A stretch of DNA of 64,000 bases from an uncultured Dehalococcoidia bacterium (GTDB lineage: Bacteria; Chloroflexota; Dehalococcoidia; Lucifugimonadales; GCA-2712585). Position numbers and translations under genes: made by a program. The DNA lies in the NCBI GenBank assembly GCA_964587385.1, contig CAZPLA010000041.1:43289-107288 (forward strand), written 5' to 3'. Under the pieces are notes generated by a model. The model made no database searches and was not told the origin of the DNA. It saw nothing but the letters and a program-made list of their open reading frames with translations. The first letter of the stretch is position 1. Each line of letters starts with the position of its first letter. Positions 30,453 to 39,684 of this stretch are shown here, piece after piece.

Positions 30453-32682
30453 TTCTTTCTTCCATTCGAATTAACTTCACCAAGGCATTGTAGTTAGGTA
30501 TACCGGAATCCTTATCTAGCACTCCTCTCTTTAATAATACCGAACCCTCCGGCCAATGAACCTGTAGATTTCCAGCCCTGATAGGTGCAATTCGACAAAT
30601 CCCATGGAATTCCCCGGAATCAGATTGCAAAACTATGGGATCCCCAGTCTTTAGGTTAATTACTTTCGCATCTATTTCACTAATTAAAACATCTTCTCTA
30701 TTAGCGCCAGTAATAGGGTCACGCTGATCATAAATCATGGTATTAAATTGTTTACCTCTACGGGTGCTTAGCAAAAACCACCCCTTCTTCAACGATATTT
30801 CTGGTGGTGTCAAAGGGGTGAAGTTAGCGTAACCAGTATTTGTTTTAAAATCACCCTGCTCGCAAAGCCTAACGCCCCCCCATTGGAATGAATCTCCTTT
30901 AGCCTTTAATAGCTCTATTCCCGCATATTGTGGTATTACTTTGCTAATCTCTAAACGTATTTCATCCGCACTATCATAATGGATTAAATTACTTTTATTG
31001 GGATGAACATGTTCCGCAACTTTCATTAATATTTCCCACTCTGACATTGCTTCCCCTATACGTCTGCCAGGAATTTCTGGGTTGAAGTACACTCGACGTT
31101 CAGTGGAAGTTTCTGTGCCTCCTCCTGGCTGTTCATATCGAGTTCGAGCCGGTAGCAAAACTACCGTTTCAGATGGGTCCAATAACATCTGAGATGTAAT
31201 TACTATGTCCTGATGTATCCTAAGTGGAACTTTCTCCAATGCCGTACGCACATATTCTCGATCCGGAAGCGTTTCAAGGAAATTGCCTCCCAGTGAGTAA
31301 AGCACATCTATATCGCCGTTATATGAGCTATCTATCATCTCCACCGCGGACAAGCCTTTAATTTTCGGTATGTTAAAACCCCAAAATTTCTTCAATTTGT
31401 CAGCACCCTCAGCACCTACAGCTTCACCCCCTGGATAACTCCAAGGCACTGCACCCATTTCTGCACCACCCTGAACCCCACTATGCCCCCTAATAGGCAT
31501 AAGACCACATTTTTCCCTGCCTATCATCCCTTTCGAAAGAGCCAAGTTGATTAATGCTTTAACATTATCCACCCCAAAACTATGTTGAGTAATTCCCATA
31601 CTCCAAACAATAACGGCGCTTTTAGCTTGACCATAAATCCTAGCGAACCTGAGCATATTCTCGCGGGAACATCCAGAACGTTGTTCAAGTATTTCCCAGG
31701 ATTGACCTTCTAACTGCCCTGATAATTTTTCAAATCCAGAGGTGTGACTAGAGATGAATTGAGCATCTATCCAGCCATTCTCTATTAGGTGCTTAAGCAC
31801 CCCATTAACAAATGCTATGTCTCCTCCGGTATGAACTTGGAAAAATTCATCTGCCAACTTCGTGCCAAAAAGAGCACTTTCGAACACGGAGGGGACCCAA
31901 TATCTTTGCAGGCCCGGCTCTTTATAGGGATTTACCACAACTATTCGAGTTCCATGCTTTTTAGCATAGTACATATATTTAGTAGTGACAGGCTGATTGT
32001 TAGGAACATCACTACCAATAAGAATAAGCAGATCCGTTCCTATCCAATCGGTGTAAGAACAAGTGGATGCTCCCACTCCCAGGGTATCCTGCAAAGCCTT
32101 AGTGCTGGGAGCGTGGCATATCCGAGATGAATTATCCACATTATTTGTTCCAAGAAATCGAGCTGCTTTTTGAGCTACATAGTAGACTTCATTAGTGATG
32201 CCCCTAGAGGTCAAATAAAAGGCAAGTCTATCAGGAGACACTTCCCTGATTTTCTTACCTAATAATGACAATATGTAGGCCCATGAAGTCTTCCTAAAGC
32301 CAGGCTCTCCCTTTTGTCTCACCATAGGATAAGCCAACCTGCCAAGCTTACGAAGTTTAGCGGATGAATGATTCTTAATTGTTGCTACTTCCTTAAGAAC
32401 ATCACTATCTATCGCACTCATAGTGTTCATTTCAAGTAGGTTAAGTCGAACAGTGCAAAGATGTATGCCATCCATTGTGAAGTCTCGCATTCCAGTCGTT
32501 CCCAATGCGCAACCATCACAAACACCGTCTTTCAATATTCGCAACGCATAAGGGAGTTGATAACGATTGCGCCAAATCGTCCTTAGAATGTCAAGATAAT
32601 GGTTGGGTTTTACATATCCCATTCCATTTGGAATAAGACTAACCCATTCTGAAGGATTCCAACCCATGGTCGTTGTCTCCAC
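30442..32682 (-). CDS. FdhF/YdeP family molybdopterin oxidoreductase (Cys form)
   Basis: 'CDGCALG', 'GTNNVDNSSRICHAPS', 'WSMGITQH', 'PIRGHSGVQG'; translationally coupled to fdhD. Confidence 0.9.
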   Translation of the reverse strand: METTTMGWNPSEWVSLIPNGMGYVKPNHYLDILRTIWRNRYQLPYALRILKDGVCDGCALGTTGMRDFTMDGIHLCTVRLNLLEMNTMSAIDSDVLKEVATIKNHSSAKLRKLGRLAYPMVRQKGEPGFRKTSWAYILSLLGKKIREVSPDRLAFYLTSRGITNEVYYVAQKAARFLGTNNVDNSSRICHAPSTKALQDTLGVGASTCSYTDWIGTDLLILIGSDVPNNQPVTTKYMYYAKKHGTRIVVVNPYKEPGLQRYWVPSVFESALFGTKLADEFFQVHTGGDIAFVNGVLKHLIENGWIDAQFISSHTSGFEKLSGQLEGQSWEILEQRSGCSRENMLRFARIYGQAKSAVIVWSMGITQHSFGVDNVKALINLALSKGMIGREKCGLMPIRGHSGVQGGAEMGAVPWSYPGGEAVGAEGADKLKKFWGFNIPKIKGLSAVEMIDSSYNGDIDVLYSLGGNFLETLPDREYVRTALEKVPLRIHQDIVITSQMLLDPSETVVLLPARTRYEQPGGGTETSTERRVYFNPEIPGRRIGEAMSEWEILMKVAEHVHPNKSNLIHYDSADEIRLEISKVIPQYAGIELLKAKGDSFQWGGVRLCEQGDFKTNTGYANFTPLTPPEISLKKGWFLLSTRRGKQFNTMIYDQRDPITGANREDVLISEIDAKVINLKTGDPIVLQSDSGEFHGICRIAPIRAGNLQVHWPEGSVLLKRGVLDKDSGIPNYNALVKLIRMEERNEK

Positions 32683-32749
32683 AGTCGGGAATTGGAGCTT
32701 CTAGCTTATCATAGGATGATATATATTCGAAAATCCCTAGAATTAAAAT

Positions 32750-33616
32750 CTATGATTTAACCATATCGATAAATTTCTGGGCATCCAAATAATTTCTGCT
32801 TCCACCTTTTAAAATAGGTGGAACTAAATAAATCGAACCTATTCCTAACTCTTCAAGCCTAGAAAATGTTTCCAGGGCTATATCAATCCCATCACGCCCA
32901 TTCTTCAAGTCTTGAGCTAAAGCTTCAGGAATCGGCCCAAACGTCACACCGTTTTCAACCAATATCTGTACACCCCAAAATATAGGCTGTGCAATGCTTC
33001 TCCCATGAGCTCTAGAATATTGATCATAAAATAGTTCAATCTGTCTAATATCAAATGTCGGCTGGGCCACAAAAAATTCTGCCCCTGACTGGATTTTTTT
33101 ACCCGTTAATAAAACTTGTTTATATACGTCACGGTTTATGTCTATTGTTGCCCCTACGCAAAAATCTGTTGGCCCTTTAAAGTCAAAACCTTTGAAATCA
33201 AATCCTTGATTCATAGAGTTAATGGACCTAATTAGTTCAGTAGGCTTAAAATCATTGACGCCTTTAACCAAAGCTAATTCAGTCTCACTAAAGGGATCTC
33301 CCTCTACTACCATAATATTCTCTAATCCGAGTGCACTCATGCCCAGAAGATTGCTCTGAATACTTAGTCGGTTAGAATCTCTAGTCGTGAGTGTGGTTAT
33401 TACCTCTTTCCCAATTCTTTCCTTAATTAGGTATGAAACAGTTGCAGAATCCATTCGTACAGATTTGCCAGGATTACATGCAATTAAAATAAAGTCCACA
33501 TCCAAATGTTGAGCATCATCAAGGAATCTCAAGTCGCTACTTTTGGGAGCGGAAAAGTCGCAAATAATCACAGGCGTTTGCGCCGACTGGACTGTTCTCT
33601 CTATTACTTTTGCCAT
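32750..33616 (-). CDS. methylenetetrahydrofolate reductase-like protein (divergent MetF)
   Basis: 'LTTRDSNRLSIQS.LLG..ALGL.N', 'GDP', 'KKIQSGAEFFVAQPTFD'. Confidence 0.75.
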   Translation of the reverse strand: MAKVIERTVQSAQTPVIICDFSAPKSSDLRFLDDAQHLDVDFILIACNPGKSVRMDSATVSYLIKERIGKEVITTLTTRDSNRLSIQSNLLGMSALGLENIMVVEGDPFSETELALVKGVNDFKPTELIRSINSMNQGFDFKGFDFKGPTDFCVGATIDINRDVYKQVLLTGKKIQSGAEFFVAQPTFDIRQIELFYDQYSRAHGRSIAQPIFWGVQILVENGVTFGPIPEALAQDLKNGRDGIDIALETFSRLEELGIGSIYLVPPILKGGSRNYLDAQKFIDMVKS

Positions 33617-33687
33617 TATTCTTGCCTACATGATAGGCATTAATCCTCACTAACGTTTAAGTCCTACACTATCTCAAACAGCAATAA

Positions 33688-34443
33688 TCAAGAATCGATA
33701 AGTTGGCCAAGAAGCAAATAACCTTCTCCATCATCAGCATAAACCGGGTAAGGCCTCACTTCTACATCAAATCCTGATTCTGCCATCAATCTCTCCCAAG
33801 TCTCAAGGGGAAATATGCCAGTAATATGTCGATCCTCTTCAACTTTAATTCCATTAACATTCCTAAAGATATAAAAAAATATGGTTTCTATGATTGAATC
33901 CGCAGGGTCAGGATCGGAAACATATTCAATAAAAGCAAATTCCCCCTCTTCGTTTTCAATTATCCTATGTTCTACAAATGTACCTTCGAAAGTCTCCCTA
34001 AACCAATCGGGAACCGTTATCAACAATCCCCCAGTTTCTAAATGCGCGGCCGCTGTATCAAAAGTCTTTTTAAGTTCGTCTTCACTAATCAAATATGATA
34101 CAGAATCGTGAAGGAGAACCGCACTGAATTTTCTGTTTAACCGAATACTCCTCATATCGCCCAATATATGTTCTACGTTATCATTCAACCTAATAGAATT
34201 GGCCAACATGCGCTCAGAAATATCCACGGCCGTAGCTTTGAATTCAGATGCAACATGTGAAAGCAGATGTCCTCCACCGACTCCCAAGTCGAGTATAGTG
34301 TGATCTCCAGGTCCTAATTTTTCACGCAAAGCCTGTAACCACAAATCTGCTTCCTGCGCATATTCTTCTGCAGGACTAAATATAGGCCATAGATGAGCAA
34401 GATCATAATACAATCTATTATGTGTGGGATTGTTATCTTTCAT
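33688..34443 (-). CDS. class I SAM-dependent methyltransferase
   Basis: 'ILDLGVGGG', 'VDISERML', 'GDMR'. Confidence 0.88.
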   Translation of the reverse strand: MKDNNPTHNRLYYDLAHLWPIFSPAEEYAQEADLWLQALREKLGPGDHTILDLGVGGGHLLSHVASEFKATAVDISERMLANSIRLNDNVEHILGDMRSIRLNRKFSAVLLHDSVSYLISEDELKKTFDTAAAHLETGGLLITVPDWFRETFEGTFVEHRIIENEEGEFAFIEYVSDPDPADSIIETIFFYIFRNVNGIKVEEDRHITGIFPLETWERLMAESGFDVEVRPYPVYADDGEGYLLLGQLIDS

Positions 34444-34596
34444 TATTCTATAGTCTACAGTATCCTAATTCGTGCCTGAAAGCGACCATTTTATTTTTGC
34501 AATGAGGAGTGACTTAAGTGTATAAATAAGTTTAGCTAGTTGAAATTGCCCTACTTTATTTGATAATCCATTAATTCATAATTTTGAAGGTGTGTC

Positions 34597-35196
34597 TTGT
34601 ATTCAATATGGTTTCACATAATTTGGTTGTTAGGCTCATATGTTTTGGGGTCTCTGTTAATCGGTGAATTGATTTGTAGAGCTAAAGGGATTGATATCAG
34701 AAATCTGGGAACAGGAAATCCGGGCACTGCAAATATTTGGAGACAAGTGGGTTATAAGTATGGAATTGCTGTTTTCATTCTAGATGTATTAAAGGGTGTT
34801 TCTTTAACACTACCGCTAGCCTTAATGAATGTAGAATTGATCTGGATCGCTGCCAGTATGATTTGCACCTTGCTGGGACAATTTTTTCCCGTGTTCTTTA
34901 AGTTTAGAGGAAATACGGGCATGGCAGTACTTTTTGGAACATCAGCTGGATTAGTTCCTTTGGGATCTCTGATAGGAGCTCCTATATTAATTTTGATGTT
35001 CATCATAAGCAAGAATTCGGGATTGTCTGGAGCAGTATTCTTTCTAGTTTGTGGAATATCAGGAGCGTTTATATATGTAGACGATTGGCAATGGTTAGGA
35101 GCCATCTATTTGATACTGGGAAGCATATTAGTCCTTATTAAGCAACATTTTCAGTATTCTGGCTCTAGAAATTCTGTAAACAATACTGTGCAATGA
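34597..35196 (+). CDS. plsY: glycerol-3-phosphate acyltransferase PlsY-like
   Basis: 'SYVLGS', 'DIRNLGTGNPGTANIWR', 'DVLKG', 'FPVFFKFRG'; membrane protein. Confidence 0.8.
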   Translation: MYSIWFHIIWLLGSYVLGSLLIGELICRAKGIDIRNLGTGNPGTANIWRQVGYKYGIAVFILDVLKGVSLTLPLALMNVELIWIAASMICTLLGQFFPVFFKFRGNTGMAVLFGTSAGLVPLGSLIGAPILILMFIISKNSGLSGAVFFLVCGISGAFIYVDDWQWLGAIYLILGSILVLIKQHFQYSGSRNSVNNTVQ

Positions 35197-35337
35197 AACC
35201 TAAAATTGGACACTAAGCTTAATCGAAAACAATAGGCAAACAAGGCATATACAATTTAATACTATATCAACTACAAAGATCGGTGAGAACTCTATAAACC
35301 GTGACATTCATGATTAATGAACAATCCCTCTTCTCAG

Positions 35338-35359
35338 CCCCCGTCCCGTCAGATGGGGG
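35338..35359. terminator. GC-rich hairpin between convergent genes
   Basis: CCCCCGTC-CCGTCA-GATGGGGG just past the stop of the 35381-35647 gene; no clear U-tract. Confidence 0.35.
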
Positions 35360-35380
35360 ATCTCCAATCAAAAATTTATC

Positions 35381-35647
35381 TTATTCTTCCAAAAATGTAA
35401 TGTCAGGCGGGCCTTGAACAGTCGCAGTCTTCATAGCTTCCTGCTGTTCAGGACTAGTCATAAATTCAAAGAAAGCTTCCTTTGAAGGCACCGTTCCAAT
35501 GCCAACGACACCATTGGGGTCGTCCATATCCCGATATACCCTGATTTCAAGACCGGCTGCCGCTCGTGCACTCGCTCGATTTGCGAATGACGCTTGAAAT
35601 TTCGCATGATCTGCGACTTTCAACTTTACTACTACTACGATACTCAT
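35381..35647 (-). CDS. small dimeric alpha/beta-barrel (ABM/cyclase-like) hypothetical protein
   Basis: 88 aa, GGAGGT RBS; pattern 'V.D..KF...F......R...G....VYR..DDPN.V...SPE..EAMK'. Confidence 0.7.
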   Translation of the reverse strand: MSIVVVVKLKVADHAKFQASFANRASARAAAGLEIRVYRDMDDPNGVVGIGTVPSKEAFFEFMTSPEQQEAMKTATVQGPPDITFLEE

Positions 35648-35749
35648 GTGATACCTCCTAATTTTGTCTTTGTAATTATACGGAACAATTCCGTCAAACC
35701 AATATCTTCTTTTCTTTCATATTACTAATGGAACTAACTAGAATAGTGC

Positions 35750-35790
35750 AAAATAAATGGAGGTTACCTCAAATAGCAACCCCCATTTAT
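35750..35790 (-). terminator. probable intrinsic terminator of the PAS-menA transcript
   Basis: Minus strand ATAAATGGGGGTTGC-N8-GTAACCTCCATTTAT (15-bp stem with two G:U pairs) followed by Ts, about 60 nt after the stop. Confidence 0.6.
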
Positions 35791-35852
35791 TACCTAATAA
35801 CCTAGTATCTTACATATCCTTATTCTAAATCTTGCCTTACTATAATCCCCAG

Positions 35853-37142
35853 TTAGAATATGGATACTCCCACTACCATCAACACTCCAGTCAGGAAGTG
35901 AAGACCTATCGTTCCTGCCATCGCATCTTTAATAGAGCGAGATTCGTAATTCTTGAAAATTTGTCGCGTAACGTAAAGTGCAAATGGAATAGTAATTAAT
36001 CCTAAGTAAGCCCCTGTGGGTAAATGCCCAGCATTAACTAGTAAGAACAAAGACCCATATGTGAGTAACATCAACACAAAATAGGCCCAACATGACTTCT
36101 GTAGTCCTAATCGGACCACCAGGGTGTTCTTATTACTAGCCGCATCTCCCTTAATATCCGGAAATTCATTAACCCAAACAATTGCAGCCGTCAACAACCC
36201 TGTGGGGATTCCTGCCCATAAAAACGTTGTAGGGATTCCTAGCCAAAGATCCAAGCCATTAGCACCACTCCCAAGCTGAACTAATGCTGCTCCTGCAACT
36301 ATTAGAGGTCCAAACGCGACCATGATTCCTATTTCTCCAAGGCCACGTGCAGCTAGACGAATCGGGGGAGACGTATAAAAGAAACCTATAGCTGCCCCAG
36401 CAAGGGCTAAAGTAATTACCTCTGACCAGATATCTTGAGTTGAAGCAATGTAGGCACCAACAATAGCCCCCAGCGCAAATAGCACCAATGAGGTCCTAAG
36501 CATTCCCTGAGGACTTATTACACCCAACTGAATCATGCGGCTTCCTCCGCTAAAAGGTATCACATAATCCAGATTGGCCTGATCCGCACCTGATTTCCAG
36601 TCAAAATAATCATTTGCTGTATTAACACCAAGGTGCGCCAGAGACACACCTAAAATAGTTAATAGAAGCATCCCCACATTCATATCTCCTGCAACCAATA
36701 CTGCTCCTAGCAAAACAGGCACAATCGCTGCCGTAAGAAAAGGAGACCTGGTTGTATATAACCAGGAAAGGATTTTTGTAACCAAAGAAACCGGAGGCAT
36801 CGTTTCCTCAACAGATTTATCAGGAAGAGGAGTAGTTAAACCAATGTATCCAGTATGCTCACCATCTTTCACTATAGGAGTTAGTCTTATATGAGCGGCA
36901 AATTGACTTCCATCTTTGCGTACAAAAACTGTATCCGTCTCGAAATGGCCATCAGACACACTTTTCTTAAGCCATGTTGGGACATGTCCTAAAACAACTA
37001 AGCCTGGGGAAAATACGCTAACTCGTTCCTTGCCAATCAGCTCCTCATTTGTATACTGAAATATCTCCTGAGCTCCCTCACTTAAAAAAGTGATTTTCCC
37101 TTCAAGGTCACAGTGAACTGTGCTTGTAACTACTCGTTCCAT
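35853..37142 (-). CDS. menA: PAS domain fused to MenA-type UbiA-family prenyltransferase (DHNA octaprenyltransferase-like)
   Basis: Residues ~1-105 are PAS/PAC ('DLEGKITFLSEGAQEIFQY..EELIGK', 'RKDGSQF'). The remainder is MenA-like ('R.PFLTAAIVPVLLG', 'NDYFDWKSGAD', 'NEFPDIKGDAASNKNTLVVRLG'). Confidence 0.85.
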   Translation of the reverse strand: MERVVTSTVHCDLEGKITFLSEGAQEIFQYTNEELIGKERVSVFSPGLVVLGHVPTWLKKSVSDGHFETDTVFVRKDGSQFAAHIRLTPIVKDGEHTGYIGLTTPLPDKSVEETMPPVSLVTKILSWLYTTRSPFLTAAIVPVLLGAVLVAGDMNVGMLLLTILGVSLAHLGVNTANDYFDWKSGADQANLDYVIPFSGGSRMIQLGVISPQGMLRTSLVLFALGAIVGAYIASTQDIWSEVITLALAGAAIGFFYTSPPIRLAARGLGEIGIMVAFGPLIVAGAALVQLGSGANGLDLWLGIPTTFLWAGIPTGLLTAAIVWVNEFPDIKGDAASNKNTLVVRLGLQKSCWAYFVLMLLTYGSLFLLVNAGHLPTGAYLGLITIPFALYVTRQIFKNYESRSIKDAMAGTIGLHFLTGVLMVVGVSIF

Positions 37143-37257
37143 TTAAATCCTCCTACACACAAAATGTCTGTTTTTCTTCTGGGCATACAAACAACCTAAT
37201 AACCTTCTAATCATCTGACAGTTATCAGGTTTTCCATTCATCTTTTATTCGATAATT

Positions 37258-37854
37258 TTACACCTGCACTTGCTCCCCTAAATCCAAGCTTCTAAAAATA
37301 AGGGCCCGTAAGGTAGGAAACGCTTCTAGCACCGGATGCGGCTTTCCATTTTCTATCCACTGAACAACTATCTCGCTGATAGCTCCCAGCCAAGCGTAAG
37401 CGGCAACTTCGGCATTCATCTCTCCGCGTTGTTTTGATACTGTTATATCATCTAATAAAACTTTTATTAGAGCAGCAAGGCGTAAGAATATTTCCTGTCT
37501 TTTTCGCGAAAAGGATTCTCCCATGCTATACCCTTTGATTAACAGCAACTTAGCTATCGTCTTATGTTTTGTAAGCGTTTCCAGAGTTGTCATGAGTGCC
37601 GTTTCAAGTCGCTCGCTGGGTCTAGATTGGCGGTCTATTGCATGCTCAACCCGCCTTATAAGTCTATTTCCTAAATGGTCCATAACAGCAAGGAACAGAT
37701 TCTCCTTACTCGGAAAGTGGAAGTACACGGACCCCTTTGAAGTACTTGATTGTTTTACAATCTCGTCAACTGCGGTTTCGTAATATCCTTTCTGGGAAAA
37801 GACAGACTCAGCAGCCTCCATGATCTTATCCCTAGTTGTGATTCCTTGATTCAT
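37258..37854 (-). CDS. TetR/AcrR family transcriptional regulator
   Basis: HTH 'TRDKIMEAAESVFSQKGY..TAVDEI...TSKGSVYFHFPSKENLF'; start set at ATG 37854 (ATG 37890 is possible). Confidence 0.9.
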   Translation of the reverse strand: MNQGITTRDKIMEAAESVFSQKGYYETAVDEIVKQSSTSKGSVYFHFPSKENLFLAVMDHLGNRLIRRVEHAIDRQSRPSERLETALMTTLETLTKHKTIAKLLLIKGYSMGESFSRKRQEIFLRLAALIKVLLDDITVSKQRGEMNAEVAAYAWLGAISEIVVQWIENGKPHPVLEAFPTLRALIFRSLDLGEQVQV

Positions 37855-37905
37855 AGTCCAATTAATCTCAGATAAGTTTTCAGCATACATCAAATTTGCT
37901 ACCAA

Positions 37906-37927
37906 ACCGACCAGTCAGTCGGTCGGT
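37906..37927. promoter_or_regulatory. inverted repeat, putative TetR operator
   Basis: ACCGACC-AGTCAGTC-GGTCGGT directly downstream of the minus-strand promoter TTGACA(37960-37955)-N18-TACCAT(37936-37931). Confidence 0.7.
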
Positions 37928-37977
37928 CCAATGGTAACTACAAGCACAACTATGTGTCAATAAATTCATATTAATCG

Positions 37978-38006
37978 TTGACGAAGTTATTTGTGCGGTC
38001 TAATAT
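37978..38006 (+). promoter_or_regulatory. sigma70-type promoter of the DUF1445-DUF4392 pair
   Basis: TTGACG, 17-nt spacer, TAATAT. Confidence 0.5.
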
Positions 38007-38019
38007 AAACTCAACCTAG

Positions 38020-38829
38020 TTGGAGACCACTATATTGCAAGTTCAAGAATTACCAACTGACCCACAGGCGATCAGAGAACTTATTCGGCTTGGGCAATAC
38101 GACGGTGTCACTGGTGGATTAGCTCCCGGATATGTTCAAGCTAACCTAGTCATTCTCCCAAAATCTCTGGCCTTCGACTTCCTCCTTTTTTGCCAACGAA
38201 ACCCAAGGCCATGCCCTATTCTTGAAGTACTTGACGCAGGCAAGCCGGAGCCAGTACTAACCACTCCAGGAGCAGATATACGAACAGATATTCCTAAGTA
38301 TCGTATTTTCCGAGACGGAGAATTATACGAAGAAGTTAGCGACATCAATGGTTACTGGAGAGACGACCTGGTAACGTTTTTATTGGGATGCAGCTTCACA
38401 TTCGAATCTGCAATGATTCATGCAGGAATACCTCTTCGTCATTGGGAAACTGGCAAAAACGTAACTATGTTTATAACTAATATGAGTACTACGCCTGCAG
38501 GAGTGTTTTCAGGACCCATGGTTGTAAGCATGCGCCCTATACATCATCAACAAATAGTGAGGGCGGTGCAGGTTACTTCTAGATTCCCGGGTGCCCATGG
38601 AGCTCCAATACATGTAGACAACTCAAAGGCTATTGGCATAGATAACATAGAACTACCAGATTACGGAGACCCAACTGAATTTAAAGATGGCGAAGTCCCC
38701 GTATTCTGGGCTTGTGGGGTTACTCCACAAGCCGTAGCTATTAAATCAAAACCCTCTTTAATGATTACACATTCCCCTGGCCACATGTTCGTTACCGACA
38801 TGAAAGACACCCAACTGGCGGCTCTATAA
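38020..38829 (+). CDS. DUF1445 / YcsI-like putative hydro-lyase (D-glutamate cyclase family)
   Basis: 'GYVQANLVILP', 'FCQRNPRPCP', 'DIRTD.PKY', 'GCSFTFE', 'PVFWACGVTPQ', 'ITHSPGHMFVTD'. Confidence 0.9.
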   Translation: METTILQVQELPTDPQAIRELIRLGQYDGVTGGLAPGYVQANLVILPKSLAFDFLLFCQRNPRPCPILEVLDAGKPEPVLTTPGADIRTDIPKYRIFRDGELYEEVSDINGYWRDDLVTFLLGCSFTFESAMIHAGIPLRHWETGKNVTMFITNMSTTPAGVFSGPMVVSMRPIHHQQIVRAVQVTSRFPGAHGAPIHVDNSKAIGIDNIELPDYGDPTEFKDGEVPVFWACGVTPQAVAIKSKPSLMITHSPGHMFVTDMKDTQLAAL

Positions 38830-38831
38830 AC

Positions 38832-39668
38832 ATGAAAACAATAGAAGACATTATCCTCCAAAATGACCAGCGCGGCGTTTCATCTCTTCGCCCATTCCTG
38901 CCTGCCGATTTCTGCACAGAGACAGCTAAATACATCCTATCCAATTCAGGAACCACAATAATAACGACAGGGTTTTATATTCTATACGGCAAATCTGTAG
39001 AAACCGACGGCCCTCCAGGTGCTCTGGCAATAGGTCACGCATTGCAGTCTCTGGGTAAAAAAGTAGTGTATGTCACCGATAAATACTCTATGCCTATATT
39101 ACAAGGCCTCGGAGTCCATGCCTCCAACACTGTGGAATTTCCTATAACTGATAAAGAGGAGAGTGTGAGATTTTCAGAAAGGCTATTGGAAGAAATTGAC
39201 CCAGCGCTGTTGATTTCCATAGAAAGATGTAGTCCATCAAGCGATGGAATATATCGTAATATGAAATCAATGGACGTTTCAGATTACACTGCCAAAATAG
39301 ATACTATGTTTGGATATAAGCCGTCTGTAGGCATTGGTGACGGAGGAAACGAGATCGGAATGGGCTTACTTCACGAACAAATATTAAAATATCCAGAGCT
39401 GCATCCAAAACCTGCGTACACAGCATGTGACCACCTTGTTATTGCAAGCGTCTCTAACTGGGGTGGTTGGGGTCTAGTTGCGGCACTCTCTAAGCTATCC
39501 GGAAAGAATTTACTTCCTACTATTGAAGAAGAAACGGACCGCATATACAAATGTGTAGAACTTGGAGTAGTAGACGGATTCACAGGTGAAGTGAAACCAT
39601 ATGTTGATGGATTTCCTTTAAAAGAATACCTAATCCCTCTTGAACAACTACATGAATTAGTAGTTTAG
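38832..39668 (+). CDS. DUF4392 / glutamate cyclase domain protein
   Basis: 'ITTGF', 'ETDGPPGA', 'ISIER', 'GIGDGGNEIGMG', 'SVSNWGGWGL'. Confidence 0.85.
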   Translation: MKTIEDIILQNDQRGVSSLRPFLPADFCTETAKYILSNSGTTIITTGFYILYGKSVETDGPPGALAIGHALQSLGKKVVYVTDKYSMPILQGLGVHASNTVEFPITDKEESVRFSERLLEEIDPALLISIERCSPSSDGIYRNMKSMDVSDYTAKIDTMFGYKPSVGIGDGGNEIGMGLLHEQILKYPELHPKPAYTACDHLVIASVSNWGGWGLVAALSKLSGKNLLPTIEEETDRIYKCVELGVVDGFTGEVKPYVDGFPLKEYLIPLEQLHELVV

Positions 39669-39684
39669 AAATCACGCTTCATTA

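Noticed and set aside
30442..32682. FdhF-like enzyme as a third selenoprotein
   Set aside because: The ORF is uninterrupted and the Mo-ligand position is Cys (SRICHAPS).
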